64,000 nucleotides of DNA from Eledone cirrhosa. Its lineage: Eukaryota. The notes beneath the pieces are model-generated. The model was not told where the DNA came from, ran no database searches, and saw only the letters and a list, made by a program, of their open reading frames with translations. The stretch lies in NCBI GenBank assembly GCA_964016885.1, contig OZ024740.1:118048001-118112000 (forward strand). The letters are read 5' to 3'. Position 1 is the first letter of the stretch, and each line of letters starts with the position of its first letter. Positions 1 through 13,670 of the stretch are shown here, in pieces. Made by a program: the position numbers and the translations under genes.

Positions 1-2536
1 AAGGTTGCTGGCAGCAGATGGATCTTCTCACCATAGGAGGGCGCTTCTTCCAAAGAAATTGAAAGAGCATGCGTTCCATGGTGGTGAGTGTTTCCTTAGG
101 GCAAGGCACGACAGTCAGGCGGTAGTAGGTGACGGACGCTATGTAAATGTTCGCCACCTCCGCCCGACCTTTCAGGGACAGCTTACACTTGGCCCATTTC
201 TGGGTCAGTGCAAACACCTTGCTCGTAACCTCGCCCCAGTTCTTTTCCACCTGGAGGTCCGGTCCAAACCAGACCCCAAGCAACTTCACCGGGCCCTCCG
301 TCCAGTGTCCGACGACACCGTCGGGAGGCATCGGTCTGCCTCTCCACGTTCCGAGTTGCAGCACGATGGATTTTTCCCGGTTCAGTTTCGCTCCTGACAA
401 CCTTTCGTATTCCTCCAGTAAGGTACCGATCGTCTCGATCTCCGAGTCGGTTGATACCATTACTGTTACGTCATCGGCGTAGGCCGACACCGCTTTGCTC
501 AATCCTGGTTCCAGGGGGGTACGCTGCAACAACTCCAACTTCCTCAGTAAACGCTCGAGAGCCAATACGTACAGAAGGGAGGAGAGAGGGCACCCCTGTC
601 GAATGAATCGTGTGATTTCGAACGGCTTCGAAAGGTAGCCGTTCACCTTGATCCTAGAACAGATGTGGTTGCTATGTAAGGCAGTGATCCAGCCTCTGAA
701 AACAGGACCGAACCCAGCCGCCGCTAGTACCGCATCCAGGTAACCATGGTTGACCCTATCGAACGCCTTAGACTTATCCAAGGTGATCAGGGCCCCACCG
801 AAGCCGGGTTTGTTGCCAACCCTCTCTATGATGTATCGCATGAGGTGGAGGTTGTCGTGAATGGACCTGGATGGGATAGCACATGTCTGCGCATCTCCCA
901 CCAGGCTACCCACGACAAGCGCCAACCTCTTTGCTAACACCTTGGCCAAAATCTTTAACTCTGTGTTTAGCAGTGTTATGGGCCGAAAATTATTTATACT
1001 ATCCCCCTTGTTCTCGTCCTTCCTCACCAGCGAGACTACGCCCTTGGCTACAGAACAAGGAATTCTCCCGTTCTGCTGCCAATTGCAGTAGACTGCTTCG
1101 AGGAGTTTGGAGAAGAAGAGCGGCATTGCTAAATAAAGTTCGTAAGGTATACCATCGAGACCTGGAGATTTGCGTCTGCTGCATTGGCTCAGTGCATCCC
1201 CGATCTCATTAGCCGAGATTGGTCCCTCGCAGGACTCTGCCTCTTCGCTCGAGAGACGCGGCAGGCCGTCGAGGTATGGACCGAAATCCACGTCCCCGCC
1301 CGCACCCCCGCCTCCCCCGAACAATCGGGCAAAGTGCTTTTGAAAGGCCTCGCACATCTGCTTAGGCTCCCGGATCACCCGTCCATCCTCGTCTTGCAAA
1401 GACCGGATGGTGGATCGATTTCCACTCTTAGCTTCTGTCACGCGGGCCCAGCCAACGGCTTTGGCCCCCTCATTACCTAGAGCACGTATTTTATTTCGAA
1501 TGACGCAGCCTTCGTGCTTTGCATCTAAAAACTGGCTCAAGGCCGTCCTCGATGCCAGCACTCTGGCCACATCTTCGCTCTTGATTGCCTCTTCTAATTC
1601 ACCTGTTAATTCTTTCTCGTTCCTATTCCTATCGGCAGCTAACATCTTGCTATAACTTATTGATTCTGTTCTAATATCTCTTTTGAGAGATGCCCACTAT
1701 CGGTTGTGGACGATTGCACCCGTCAACCTCTCATTAACTAATCTGCTAATCCGGTTTTCTGTAAGCCTCTTTTGCCGGTAAAGACAAATTAAGTTTCCAG
1801 TAACCGGGACCCTGTCTATGTGTCTCTCGAGGTTGACTACGCAGGTCACTAACTTGTGATCTGTATAGCCAACCGTGAGCATTTCTGGACAGCTCAATGT
1901 GTCCCTATCCTTACTTCTAACTAAGAATCTATCTAAGTACGATCTAGATTGACTACTGTGGTTCGTCCAAGTCCAGGTTGGCACAGTTGGAAAATCTAGT
2001 CGATATCTATCGACCAAGTTAAAACGGTCGAGTAACCCCTTGAGGCTGTTACACACCCCTCTATTAGGACATGCTCCTGCATAGTCCCAACGTGCATCTA
2101 GGATGTCATTCCAGTCCCCCGCTAGAAGCAGGGAACGCGACGTTCCCAGAAAAGTCTCCAGACGCTGGAAGAAGTCGGGTCGTTCAGTTCCGAAAGGGGA
2201 GTAGACGGCTACCAGTCTCAAGGCGGCACCTCCACTACTGCCAACGTCTAGCACCAACAAACGACCTTCCGGGTCCGAGTGAACAACCTGTACGGCGAGA
2301 CCCAAGTGTTTTCCCAGCAGTACGACAACCCCACCCCCACTTCCAGGTTGACAGAGAGATGTGTGCACCTCAAAGTCATCGAAGGTGGGGGCTAGCTGCC
2401 GCACGACGCTGATCCGAGTCTCACAGATAACCATTACATTTATGCCACGTGACCTGAGGTCATTTAGAAGCTTTGCTTGCTTCCAAGTTGAGCCCAGGCC
2501 ACGTGCATTCAAACATCCTACTCTTAACACATCCAT
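1..2536 (-). pseudogene. LINE ORF2: apurinic-like endonuclease plus reverse transcriptase, disrupted
   Basis: APE motifs VGCLNARGL, ICETR, LAGDWN, SYLDRFLV, TDHKLV (ORF 1697-2536). My minus-strand translation of 1696->1 gives KSPGLDG, NFRPITLLNTELKILAK, LDKSKAFDRVNH, RQGCPLS and SAYADDVT. There is an in-frame TAG at 1697-1699 and a frameshifted GPGYWKLN motif at ~1790-1815. Confidence 0.93.
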
Positions 2537-4274
2537 GTGGGCGGCAAAGCCAAAGGAGAGTGTAGAGACCTACCTTTCTGCTTCCCGGGTTCGGGTCGCA
2601 CGACTTCCATGGGGTCGGGGGTGTTGGGTAAAGGGGTGTCTTGTGGTGGTGTCGGGTCGTCAGTGTGTGGTGGGGTTGGGGTGTTTGGAGTTGTGTTGGG
2701 GAGGGGAAGGGGAGGGGGAAAGCTTTTTAGGAGGACGCTGTTTATGGGTTTGACAGAGGGTGGTCCTACGTCCTCCTTAAAATCCTTTTTTAGTTTTTGG
2801 TAGAGGTTCATTGGGACCTTTATTAATTTTAATTGTGGGTTGTTTTCTGAAAAAACAAAGTTTACCCCTTAGGTTTGTACCGAAGGGTTATTGTTTATGA
2901 GTTCATTTAATTTATTATTGTTTCTGTTGATGTAAGTATAGTGTAATGTCTTTTTTTTCGGATAGTGTGAGTGTTTCGAAGAGGGGAGGGGTAGGTTTGG
3001 TTTTGTTTGTTGCTGGAGGGGTGTTTTGTGTTCTGTTGGATTATGTTGACATTTGGGTAGGGGCTGTTTGGCCTTGTGTGTTTTGCACATGTTTTCTTTT
3101 TTTCCTTTTAATCTGTCTGAAGGCTCCGTTCTTCCTCCGAATTCGTTGGGTTATCTTCAGTGTTGGAGGGAAGAGGTATGTTTGCTGGTAGTGTTTCCGT
3201 GTTAGTTTTCTTTGTGGGGGAGATGGATGTCACTTTGTTAGACTGTGTTGTGTGTTGTGGCTGCGGTGGTTGTGTTGTTTTATTGAGTGAGGGGTTGGGT
3301 GGGACTGTGTTTTGTTTTGGGGTAATGTGTTGTGTCTGTTTGTGCTGTGGTGGTGGTGTAGTTTTACTGAGGAACGGGTTGGGTGGGACTGAGTTTTGTT
3401 GTTTGTTTATCTGTTGTGGTGGTGGTGGAGCTGGTGTTGGTAGCAGGGTTTTCTTCTTGTTGAGTTGGGGACAAGCCGTCTTCAGGTGCCCTCTGCCTCC
3501 ACAGATATGACAGGACGGCCTTCTCCCCTCCACGCTAATTTTTATATACCCGTGGCCCTCTAATAGGATTCTGTCGGGTATTTGGGCAATGCGTTCAGGC
3601 TTCATTTGCACTATAAGTTCTATACCTGTTCCACTGAACGCATTGCCTGTGGTTTTCCCAATGGAAATTACGTTGTCATTCGCTGGATCGATGAAGCCAG
3701 CTATGAGCCAGCAGTAGTCCATATCTGGCATCACCGCATCCAGCCATATGCGCTGAGTTCTTTTACCCATATAAGATGGATAAAAGGTAAAATTTGTCGA
3801 ACGAATCGGCACACAAAGCATATTTTTTCGCCGCAGATTCGTTCTTCATAATAATGGCCAGCTTCCATACAGCCTGTATCTTCTTATGAAAGTGGCTTCA
3901 TTAAATACTTCTCTAAGTACCGCTTTAATTTCTACTTGTGTTGGTTGTTGTGACTTTTTTGAGATGTTGTTGATGGTGCGGAAAACGACCGTCCGACTTT
4001 CAATATCTTTGGTGAGTTCTTGGGGCATTTTTACCGACAAGGCTCCATTTTCCCCTTGAGTTATGAATTGTTTGGCGTTTTTTATTCTTTGTGCCACATC
4101 TGAAATATTTTCAGGTATGTACGTTAAAGATTTTTTTGTTGTTTGTGCAAATGAGATGTTATTGGTGTTCACTTTGTCGTCTGTTTTGCTTTCTGTTATG
4201 ATGTTGTTGTTTTCAAATGTTATTTTTGTGTTTGTTGTTTCTTTGTTTGTGGTATTGCTATGCAATTCTTTCAA
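2524..4274 (-). pseudogene. LINE ORF1 (nucleic-acid-binding, CCHC knuckle), broken into several frames
   Basis: CHICGGRGHLKTAC (CX2CX4HX4C) in ORF 3108-3821. Consecutive minus-strand ORFs 4274-3846, 3821-3108, 3090-2869 and 2811-2524 abut ORF2. The Pro/Gln-rich tail has an internal repeat (NSVPPNPFLSKTT / NTVPPNPSLNKTT). Confidence 0.85.
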
Positions 4275-6821
4275 ATTTTTTTTTTGTTGGAATTAATCTC
4301 CAGATTTGTGTTTTCGTCGACATTTTTCTCCGCACATTCGCCTGTTTTTATTTTATTTTTTCTTTCCTTCTCTATGACGTTAGTTGGGAGGAAGGGGGGG
4401 GGACTAAAGCGTGGGAGCTTACAACTCTTACCGCTGTCCCCCCACCACTATTTTCGTTAGCTTCATTTAACATTTCTCCCAGACGATTGAAATTTTATGC
4501 AACAACATTTTTTTTTAAAACAGGTTTTTCACCCCTTGGGAGGGGTGAAAATGAGCTGACCCACCGCCTGTCATTTCAGACGGGGGGTCAAGCTACACAA
4601 TAGTATCACAATCAAAATTAAACTTACAAAATTTCCGCAATAAATTGGAACAAAACTTCTGCGCGAAGTGAATTACGTCTACGCTATCGGACAGACGACA
4701 GCTAGATTATCAGGCAGATAGATAGATAGAACAATAGATAGATAAATAGATAGGCAAACATAAAGACAGATATACGTAGAGACAGAGAGATCGACAGAAC
4801 TAGGAAGATAAAAAGGGGGAAGGAAGTGAAAGAGAAGGAAGGACTGTGATTAAGAATTTGGAGAAGATAGTTGCAATGGAATGTGATATTTGAAGTTGAT
4901 GAAAGGATATCGAATTATCAGTCGCTTTGCTGGGATAGAATATCTGAGGAGGTTTTTTATTTCCTGTATATATCCACTTTGTATCTAACTAAGGAGCTGA
5001 AGAGGTAGGGTATGGAAGGAGTTTTGTTGGATGCAGGCAGTGAGAAGCTGAGGCACATGAAATAGCAAATGTGAAGGTTATTTTCAATGTGTGTTCTAAC
5101 AGCCCCGCCTTGGTTAATGCATTGTAATTAGAAATATTTCAAAACGTTGGTTGATATTCTCTTGTTTAAAGACAAGAAAGCTCTGCTGCAATTTGAACAG
5201 CAGAAAAAAAGCAAGCTGTACATTACATAAAGTTATCATCTATTTATCTGGTTGACGGTTAGGTAAAATCTCTCAGCTGGAGGTGGCGGTTATCTGCTTA
5301 CGATAATTTCAAATGCAATTATATTAAATATACCATGACCAAGTTGATGCAGCACAGTTTTAGATAAATAAGTTGAAGGCTTTGAGATAATAATCTTCGA
5401 TTTTGTGTGATATATGTAGTATTATATTTAAATGAATGAGTCTGGCTGGTCCCTTATTGCACTGTCTAAGATGGAGAAGAGAGGAAACATATTTGGTGCA
5501 ATGGCTAGTCGACATAGAACTGGTGATGCACCGACATGTTTGATTTCTGTGGGTACAGGCATAATAGGCCTGAGTGTTGCAATCTAATTTCCAGTATCAG
5601 ATCAGTCCAGATAAAAGACATTTTGCATATCAGACTGTTCGTAGAGGAGACGGATATGTCCGGTTTCTACTTGATGCAATAAATCAGAATGGTAAACATT
5701 TCAACTTATGCTAAGGCACGGAATGTGCGTTAATGAGGCGGTGTTTTATACACAGAACTCCCCAGTAGGACAAATGCAGTAAAAGGGAATGAGGTAAATA
5801 TCTTTCAATGTATGTATGTCATCAGAAATAGTAATCAGCAGATCATTATCATGTATTGCTAACGCAGTATAAAATCAGAAAGTACACTGAAGTACACGAC
5901 AGTTAATATAATCGGCATTGAATGAACAGTCGTCAACCCATGTCACAGTTAAAAAAAAACAAAAACAACTATAGATAAATTGAGCTTAAGTAAGCAGTAT
6001 TGCTAAATGGATTACACGCTAGAATCAGTTGCATGCAAACTTATATCAAAGGCTGCAAATTTGTATTTTTCGGAAGTTCTCAACGCAAAAGAGCTACCAG
6101 TGTGTGAAGTAAGAAACGTAAATCTAGCTCAGTAAAAACTACATCGTATGTAGGGCGACTAAATCTGGTAAAGGCGATCATTTACAATAATCTCAAAAGC
6201 TTTGGCGATGTTTGTGGAGATGTCTTGTTCTATAAGATTGTGTTGATATTGATAAAGAAAGGCAGAAAGCTTAGTGAAGAGAATGATGTGTTGCATGGAC
6301 TACTAAAGTTTTTCTATTTAATTTATCAATATTTGAAACAACTGCAGTACTTAATCTTTCAATATGTCTTTCTTCTTCTATAGTTGAAATTCTCTGCACA
6401 CAGATGCCATTCAACATTTTGATAATCATATCTGAAATGCCATTCAATAATCCATATATACACCTGGAAAGCTCAGTAAACGTGTTTATGAGCTTATATC
6501 CTGGTCTACAACAGAAAGGTGAGCACCGCAGAAGAAATCGTTATAGAAAGAGTACAAACATTACAGAGAATTTCTGCTTCTTAAAAATATTAGATGAATA
6601 ATTTCTGAGCGAAATTAATGAAGGTGCAGGTAGTGGGATGTATTTTACAATCTAGCTCCGCTCTTTCACATGTGCTCACAAACTACTGTATTTGTCAATC
6701 ATGTTTCAAGACTTGTTATTATACAAAGGATATTATATCAATATGTATCATGATAAGGAGGGTGGATTTACAGAATGCGTAAGGTATCAGACATTTACAT
6801 TATTTAGTTACAGTTCTGATG

Positions 6822-6992
6822 AGCAGAATCGGTAGAGTATCGGATCCAGTGTTTTAATCCCACAGACGTTAGCTTTGCTTTTCCTCCTTACAGGGTCGAT
6901 AAAATAAAATGCCAGTAACGCACTGGGATAATTTAATCGTCTTTCCTCTTCTTTTCAAACTGCTGGTATTGTACCAAAGGAAGCAACTATTC
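6822..6992 (+). mobile_element. Degenerate tRNA-derived SINE (same family as 9040-9228)
   Basis: cagaatcggtagag head remnant and cctccttacagggtcgataaaataaaatgccag body. Confidence 0.6.
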
Positions 6993-8024
6993 TTTGAGTT
7001 CTGAATTCAAATGATACTGAATTCAAATGATACATTGCATTTCAAATTTCCTTGTTAATAAAATAAGTACAGATGTCGATTAAATCAACTCGCCCTAATA
7101 TGGGAGGAGTGGTGAAGGCGCATGGCCTAGTTGGAATGTTCTGACTATCATAATATCATGGGTTCTATTTCTAAATGTAGTGGTGCGTTGTGATTTTGAG
7201 GAAGATGCTTCAATTCACGTTGATTTTCATGCTAAAAATGTCACTTGTTATTAGAACACCCAAGGAACCTCCTACGAGATTGATCTGATGAAGCAGCTAA
7301 ACACACATAGGTCTGACATTGTACAATGTATGTATCAGGATAAAATAAGGATGTATCAAGATATAATGATAAAGTGGTATCTATCAACAGATGTTATCTT
7401 CATATTTAATATAAAATATTTTTCGTCTTAGATAATTGTTTGCATACTTGAATAATAAATTATTTTCAAAAATTGATTTTTGTGCTTGTATGACTGAATC
7501 ATTGAATGCCATCTCCAGAACATATGTCACCTTTGCTGCTACATGTTTCGTCCAATGTAATATGAAATGAATGCCAATATGAAAGATCTCTTTTCATATG
7601 CTATCCAATGAAAAATAGAATTAAATGTCTGGCAGCAATTTTCCTCCTAGGCAATTAGAATTAAATAACTTGGTTATTGGCCAGAATATAAGAAACACAG
7701 CAAGATACATATCAATTACTCTTGGATAAAGAGGTTTCATTCCTAATATTTAGATTAATTTTCTCTATTTCAATTAGCATATATTTTTTATTATATTTCG
7801 CAACACTAAATCTAGTAGCAGATGGCTATAGTCAATAGAATCAAATTGACTTGTCATCAGCATAGTGAAAATCAATAACAACACTAGAAGAATTTGAACT
7901 CAAACCACAAGGAATGAAACAAGAATACTATAAAGTAGTATGTTGCTTTATCATCTACGTCATATTAATTACTGCATATCCATGTGATTAGTAATTTATA
8001 AATTAACAACGCACCAAGATATTA

Positions 8025-8530
8025 TGTAGCATGTTGAAATTACAAAAGAGAATTGTGTGGGTATGGTGTGGCGTGCGGTGGCCGGAAGCGGGGGAGTGCT
8101 CGACCGGAAGGGTGCTTGGCCGGAAGGACGCTCGACCGGAAGGGCCAGCAGATGGCTCTCTCTAGTGGTGACCAGCAACGGTGTGGACGCGAGTTTTGGC
8201 AGCTCCCGGTGTTAAGCAGTTGGACGCACGTGGAAGAGAAGAGACCAGCAGTGGAATTTAGCGGCGCCTATGAAAAGCGGTAAGTGAAATAGCTTTTGCT
8301 AACCACAAATTGAACTTTAGATCCAGATATTTTCTCACCGGCACCAGAGAAACCACCCTGGAACTTTGGATATGATAAATTGCGTTTCAGGTCATAGACT
8401 CTGCCAAATATCATTTAAAAGCGTTAAACCATTGTCTAATCACTGTCGAGCTACAGGTGAATCCAGTTGGGCAGTTAAGGTTGACTGTATGTCAACGTTA
8501 GGTCTACTGTTTTAATTCTGGTTACAACAT
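8025..8530. repeat. GC-rich island, possibly a solo LTR
   Basis: TGT...ACA-type ends and four CCGGAAG motifs in a short tandem (8082-8143). No convincing target-site duplication (TSD). Confidence 0.3.
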
Positions 8531-8586
8531 ATACATATTCCATTATTGTAAATATTAATAAACAGTTGCTAATGCGTCAGTCATTG

Positions 8587-8681
<95 letters not shown>

Positions 8682-8690
8682 ATATATATA
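8587..8690. repeat. (CA)n(TA)n microsatellite
   Basis: Seen directly. Confidence 0.98.
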
Positions 8691-8988
8691 ATTTAATGGA
8701 TTATAACCTTACGTTACAATTGGTACGCCAACAGGAGCACATGGTGCATATGTGGGTCTGTTTATAGTACATACTATATATAGTACATGGTGTTATAAAT
8801 TTGGTGCTATACTGTGGGCGGTTTCCCTCATGAGCAAGCTGTAATATTAATAGTAAATAGGAACGTGGTGTCAGAGTATTATCATTAGGTTTGTTCAGAT
8901 GAACCTTGAGCTGATCTGTGGCGAAACACACGTCACACCCGAATAAAATTAATGATGGTATTCTGACACATCTTTCCCACTCGTTATT

Positions 8989-9039
<51 letters not shown>

Positions 9040-9040
<1 letters not shown>

Positions 9041-9228
9041 CTGTTTCTACTTTTTGGCACAAGGCCAGCAATTACCCAGTGCATTACTGGTACTTTATTT
9101 TATCGACCCCGTAAGGATGAAAGGCAAAGTCAACCTCAGCGGGAGTTGAACTCAGATCGTTAAGGGACGTAACTATGCTGGAAAGCATGGCATCCGACCC
9201 TCTACCGATACTGCCAATCCACCGCCTT
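9040..9228 (-). mobile_element. tRNA-derived SINE, full length, inserted in (TA)n
   Basis: Minus strand has A-box TGGCAGTATCGG, B-box GAGTTCAACTCC and body GCCTTTCATCCTTACGGGGTCGATAAAAT (resembles the Meta/Sauria-SINE domain, from memory). Near-identical copies occur elsewhere in the window. Confidence 0.92.
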
Positions 9229-9297
9229 TATATATATATATAACGGCGATGAATTAGTTTTGCGAGGTTTTTGATATGAAATCGCGTGTCGAAACAA

Positions 9298-9857
9298 ATA
9301 TTGTTATACTTGGGGAGGGTCATATTTGTGTAATAATATTGCCAGAATTAATAACAGAACACACTCACTGTTTGATTGGTTTTCGCTTCTGTGTCTTTTA
9401 TATCGGTTAATTTAATTTATTCGGTCTTCATTGTTACCATTGACTGACCAACGGTCAAAAATACAGATACAATATAGACACAAACACATATATATAGTCT
9501 AACAAAGTTCTTTCGTTGCATATCTACAACATCGTCAGTGGTGCTATTATGTTTCCTCCCGTTTTATTGTATGCCTACGCCATCTTTATTTAGTCTGTTT
9601 ATTTATTTATTTATTTGTTTATTTTTTTGTCTTCTCTGCGCATGCGTTTGCGTGTGTGTGTAGTGTTTTGTTTGATGTGTGTTCGTATTTGGGTGACTGT
9701 GTATTGGTTATTGTATTCTATCTTAGTTTACTAGTGTGTGTTTATATGTGTTTGTTGTTATTGTGCTTGTGTATGTATTTATTTATTTATTTGTCTTCTG
9801 TTATTAATTCTGGCAATATTATTACACAAATGTTACCCTCCCCAAGTATAACAATAT
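9298..9857 (-). mobile_element. PLE-like 3' end/pseudo-LTR fragment with ~60-bp inverted termini and a hammerhead-like motif
   Basis: 9298-9359 is the reverse complement of 9796-9857. The terminus ctccc(c)aagtataacaatat also ends the PLE fragment at ~30735. Minus-strand CTGACGA-T-GTTG...CAAC-GAAA at 9503-9540. Confidence 0.65.
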
Positions 9858-9863
9858 ATATAT

Positions 9864-10418
<555 letters not shown>

Positions 10419-13325
10419 CGAAGGAAATGTGGTAAGGAACCAGGTGGACCATAACGCACCAAAGTACTCAATACTTGAGGTAGTAGAGTGGGTAATAGGA
10501 ACCAGTAAGACCCCGACAGCTGAGCTCAAGCCGTTTCGACGGCTAATTCTGGACTCAGAATCAATTGAATCAATCGACAAAATCTCTGAACTCACTCGCC
10601 CATTGAGTTTTGTGGGTCTCTTCAAATAGGACAAAGAAAACAATGGTCATAACATTTCTGATACTTACTACAGGCCGCGCATATGTATTTGTGTCATTCT
10701 GTTTTCATTTGATAGCAACGTTCCTTGAAATATTTACTACTCGTCTACAGGTTGAGAAAATCCCGTATAGGATGAAGGCAGAAATTGTTTGCTCATATTT
10801 TAATCTGTACTAATAATAATTACACACGCACACCCACACACCCACATCCACGCACACATACACACAAATATATATATATAGCCAATGTGTGTATTCTCCT
10901 TCCACTCATTATTATCATCAACAAATTATAAAATTAATTATTGAATAGTTCATTAAATATTCTACCTAACAATTGGTATATAATTTAAAATCTATGAAAA
11001 TACCCCAGGCAGAATGATGTGTTAATTAGTGTTAATTGCTTCATTGAAGTCCTATGCAGGGAGATGATATACGATCCGAATTTCTGTATCTTGAGCTATG
11101 TAGCCTGTGTTCTTTCCGTATAAGCAAACACTGAAAAATATCCAGTTAATTGCATTAAGTTTGCCCTATGGTTATTTAATTATGACTTTAAATAATTTAC
11201 TACAATGCTCATTTAAAAAATATATATTAAGCTCAATATGCGTTTTACTTATTACACAACTGTCTTAATCGAAGAAAGCTATCACACGCAGGTAGATAGC
11301 TGGTAATATGGCAATGCACTATCCACAGACCCAGTCATCCAAATTAATCTTATCACTGCCTATTTGATGGATATTGTTAACTCAAGTTTGTAGTGCGTTG
11401 CTTTTTTATATGGAATGTATTGTGGTTGTCTTTTCTTCATGTAATATTTCTACACTTTCCAATAACGTTTTGAATGGCACGCAATTTCTTTTTATGGATG
11501 TAGGAAATTTTAACAAGTGGGATTAGGTCTATATGCAACAGCTTTTAGAAAACTACCATTTCAATAGTGATTATTATTTTCAGTTATATCTAATATTGTT
11601 TGCTGTTTCGGATTAGGAAGCTTGTTGTAAATTTCATAAGTGCTATTTAGAGTCAAATAAGTTAATGTAATACTTGAGTAGTTGTACATATGAATCTGTG
11701 GATTGCCAGAAGTATATAATTGGGACGTCTTCTGTGTATATCTTTTGTGTGTGTAGGCATGTCATGTAGTTAAAAGGAGTAATATTTGAAATCTTTGAGG
11801 TACTTCGTCTGGGAAATTACAGGTAGTTAATGTTTCTCTTTCTTAATCTAGACAATGAATGCAAAATTGCTTGATGTTTAAGAGGTTTGCGTCGCAATCA
11901 TAAGGTTCATCCAGGTTGCATACCATTTAGTGCAAGTGGCTGTTACTGTAGCTTCAGGTTAATTCAAACCATGTGAGTGAAATTAGGTATAGAGAAACTG
12001 CTTTGAAGTCCATCATGTGGGTTGTGAATTTAATTAAAAAAGCAAGTCTAGCTACACATTTACATGTCTATTCATATTCAGAATTATGTGGAATAGTCAA
12101 TCACTTACACGTTCATATCAGAAATAGGCAATTTCTTTGGCCATACAGCTGTACCACTCATCGTCGAAACGGATGAGGGTAAATTACTTTAGATAGGTTT
12201 TAGTATCCCAAAATAGGTCCCTATCCAACGTTGTTTAAGGCTCTCCTCTAAAGAAATGTTAAGTATTTTGATTATAAGTTCATGGTGAAGATATAGTAGG
12301 CGAAAGCTTTTCTGATGTTAGTTGCATTTAAGATGACGCTTGTATGGTTTATATTGTTGAAATCCTCATGCAATCTTTTTATAGCGTTTGAAAATAGCAA
12401 GGTGATTTATTGGCGGAGTTTGATTTTATGTCGCAGGCTGGAAAAGGGAAATATTAGATATAAAATGACATAATGGATAATGCAATTCTGGATAGGCTGT
12501 CCTAGAATAAATGAAGGCATGACCTCAACCAGTATGCTAGTCAAACAAAAAGTATATTTCCCTGCAGTAGCGTTGAAGGGAAATATTTGAAACTAAAAGC
12601 CAAAACTCAGATCTTATTAAATCTCGTTTCTAAATGAGACTTGAATATATTTATAATCACATTCTGAAATATAACTAGTTTTTGCGATTTGTGATCCCAT
12701 TACTAGCGTTTTTAAATTGTTTATCATTTATATACACTGCATCTAAATTAGGATGGTAGAACTTTATTTATTTGTTATTAACGATGAGACAACACGGTAC
12801 CAAATCTCATCTTTATTCCTAATTAACTTTAATAGTATAAAGAATGGATCTTACCAATGAGCAACTCAGTGACTGTAATTTCATAGTTAAACATTTGTAG
12901 ATACTCTGATAGTAGATAAAAAAACATAATGCAGTCTATGTTCGACAGCTCAGAAGATGAAGGCAAATCTATAGTAAAATGTAGATACTAGTATATAGGA
13001 TCCTACGTACGTGCTACTATTAGTACATATAATGTGTGAATATACAACATTTTGCAGGGAGACAAACAATGAAAATATCGTTGCTCACACAAGAATGAGC
13101 ATAGGAGTAATAAGATTAACACAGAATACTATTAGTAGTGGAAATCAGAATTTATAATAGCGCGACAAGTATACATTTCAAACGTTTAATCTTCTTATTT
13201 AGAACTTCATATTTGATTGAGTAAACCTATAATTAAAAGAATTACAGCTATGGCCATCATGTATTTTATTCAGGCATGATATATCTACTATTTTGGCATC
13301 TACGCCTGTGAAAATCTGAGTTATC

Positions 13326-13540
13326 CAATATACATACATACCCAGAAACATAGATATATGCATACATACATACATACATACATAGATGCATGCATACATA
13401 CATACGTACGTACATACATACATGCATGTATACATTCGTACATACATACATGATGGCTGCCCCCTCGTTATCGAGTATGGCCATTGCACGAGAAGAAAAA
13501 AAAATAAAACTAAAAAAAATAAAAAAATAAAATAAAATAA

Positions 13541-13581
<41 letters not shown>

Positions 13582-13634
13582 ATACATACATACATACATA
13601 CATACATACATACATACATACATACATACATACA

Positions 13635-13666
<32 letters not shown>

Positions 13667-13670
13667 CATA
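13326..13670. repeat. Compound (TACA)n/(TAAAA)n/(TAA)n microsatellite
   Basis: Seen directly. Confidence 0.95.

Larger units (their letters stand above)
1..4703 (-). mobile_element. Tx1/L1-clade non-LTR retrotransposon (5' UTR, ORF1, APE-RT ORF2), running off the left window edge
   Basis: Minus-strand order is zinc-knuckle ORF1, APE endonuclease, then RT. The GC-richer sequence ends at ~4703 against a degenerate (GATA)n tract. Confidence 0.95.

Noticed and set aside
5-4603. Plus-strand ORFs over the LINE
   Set aside because: They are antisense shadows of the minus-strand ORF1 and ORF2
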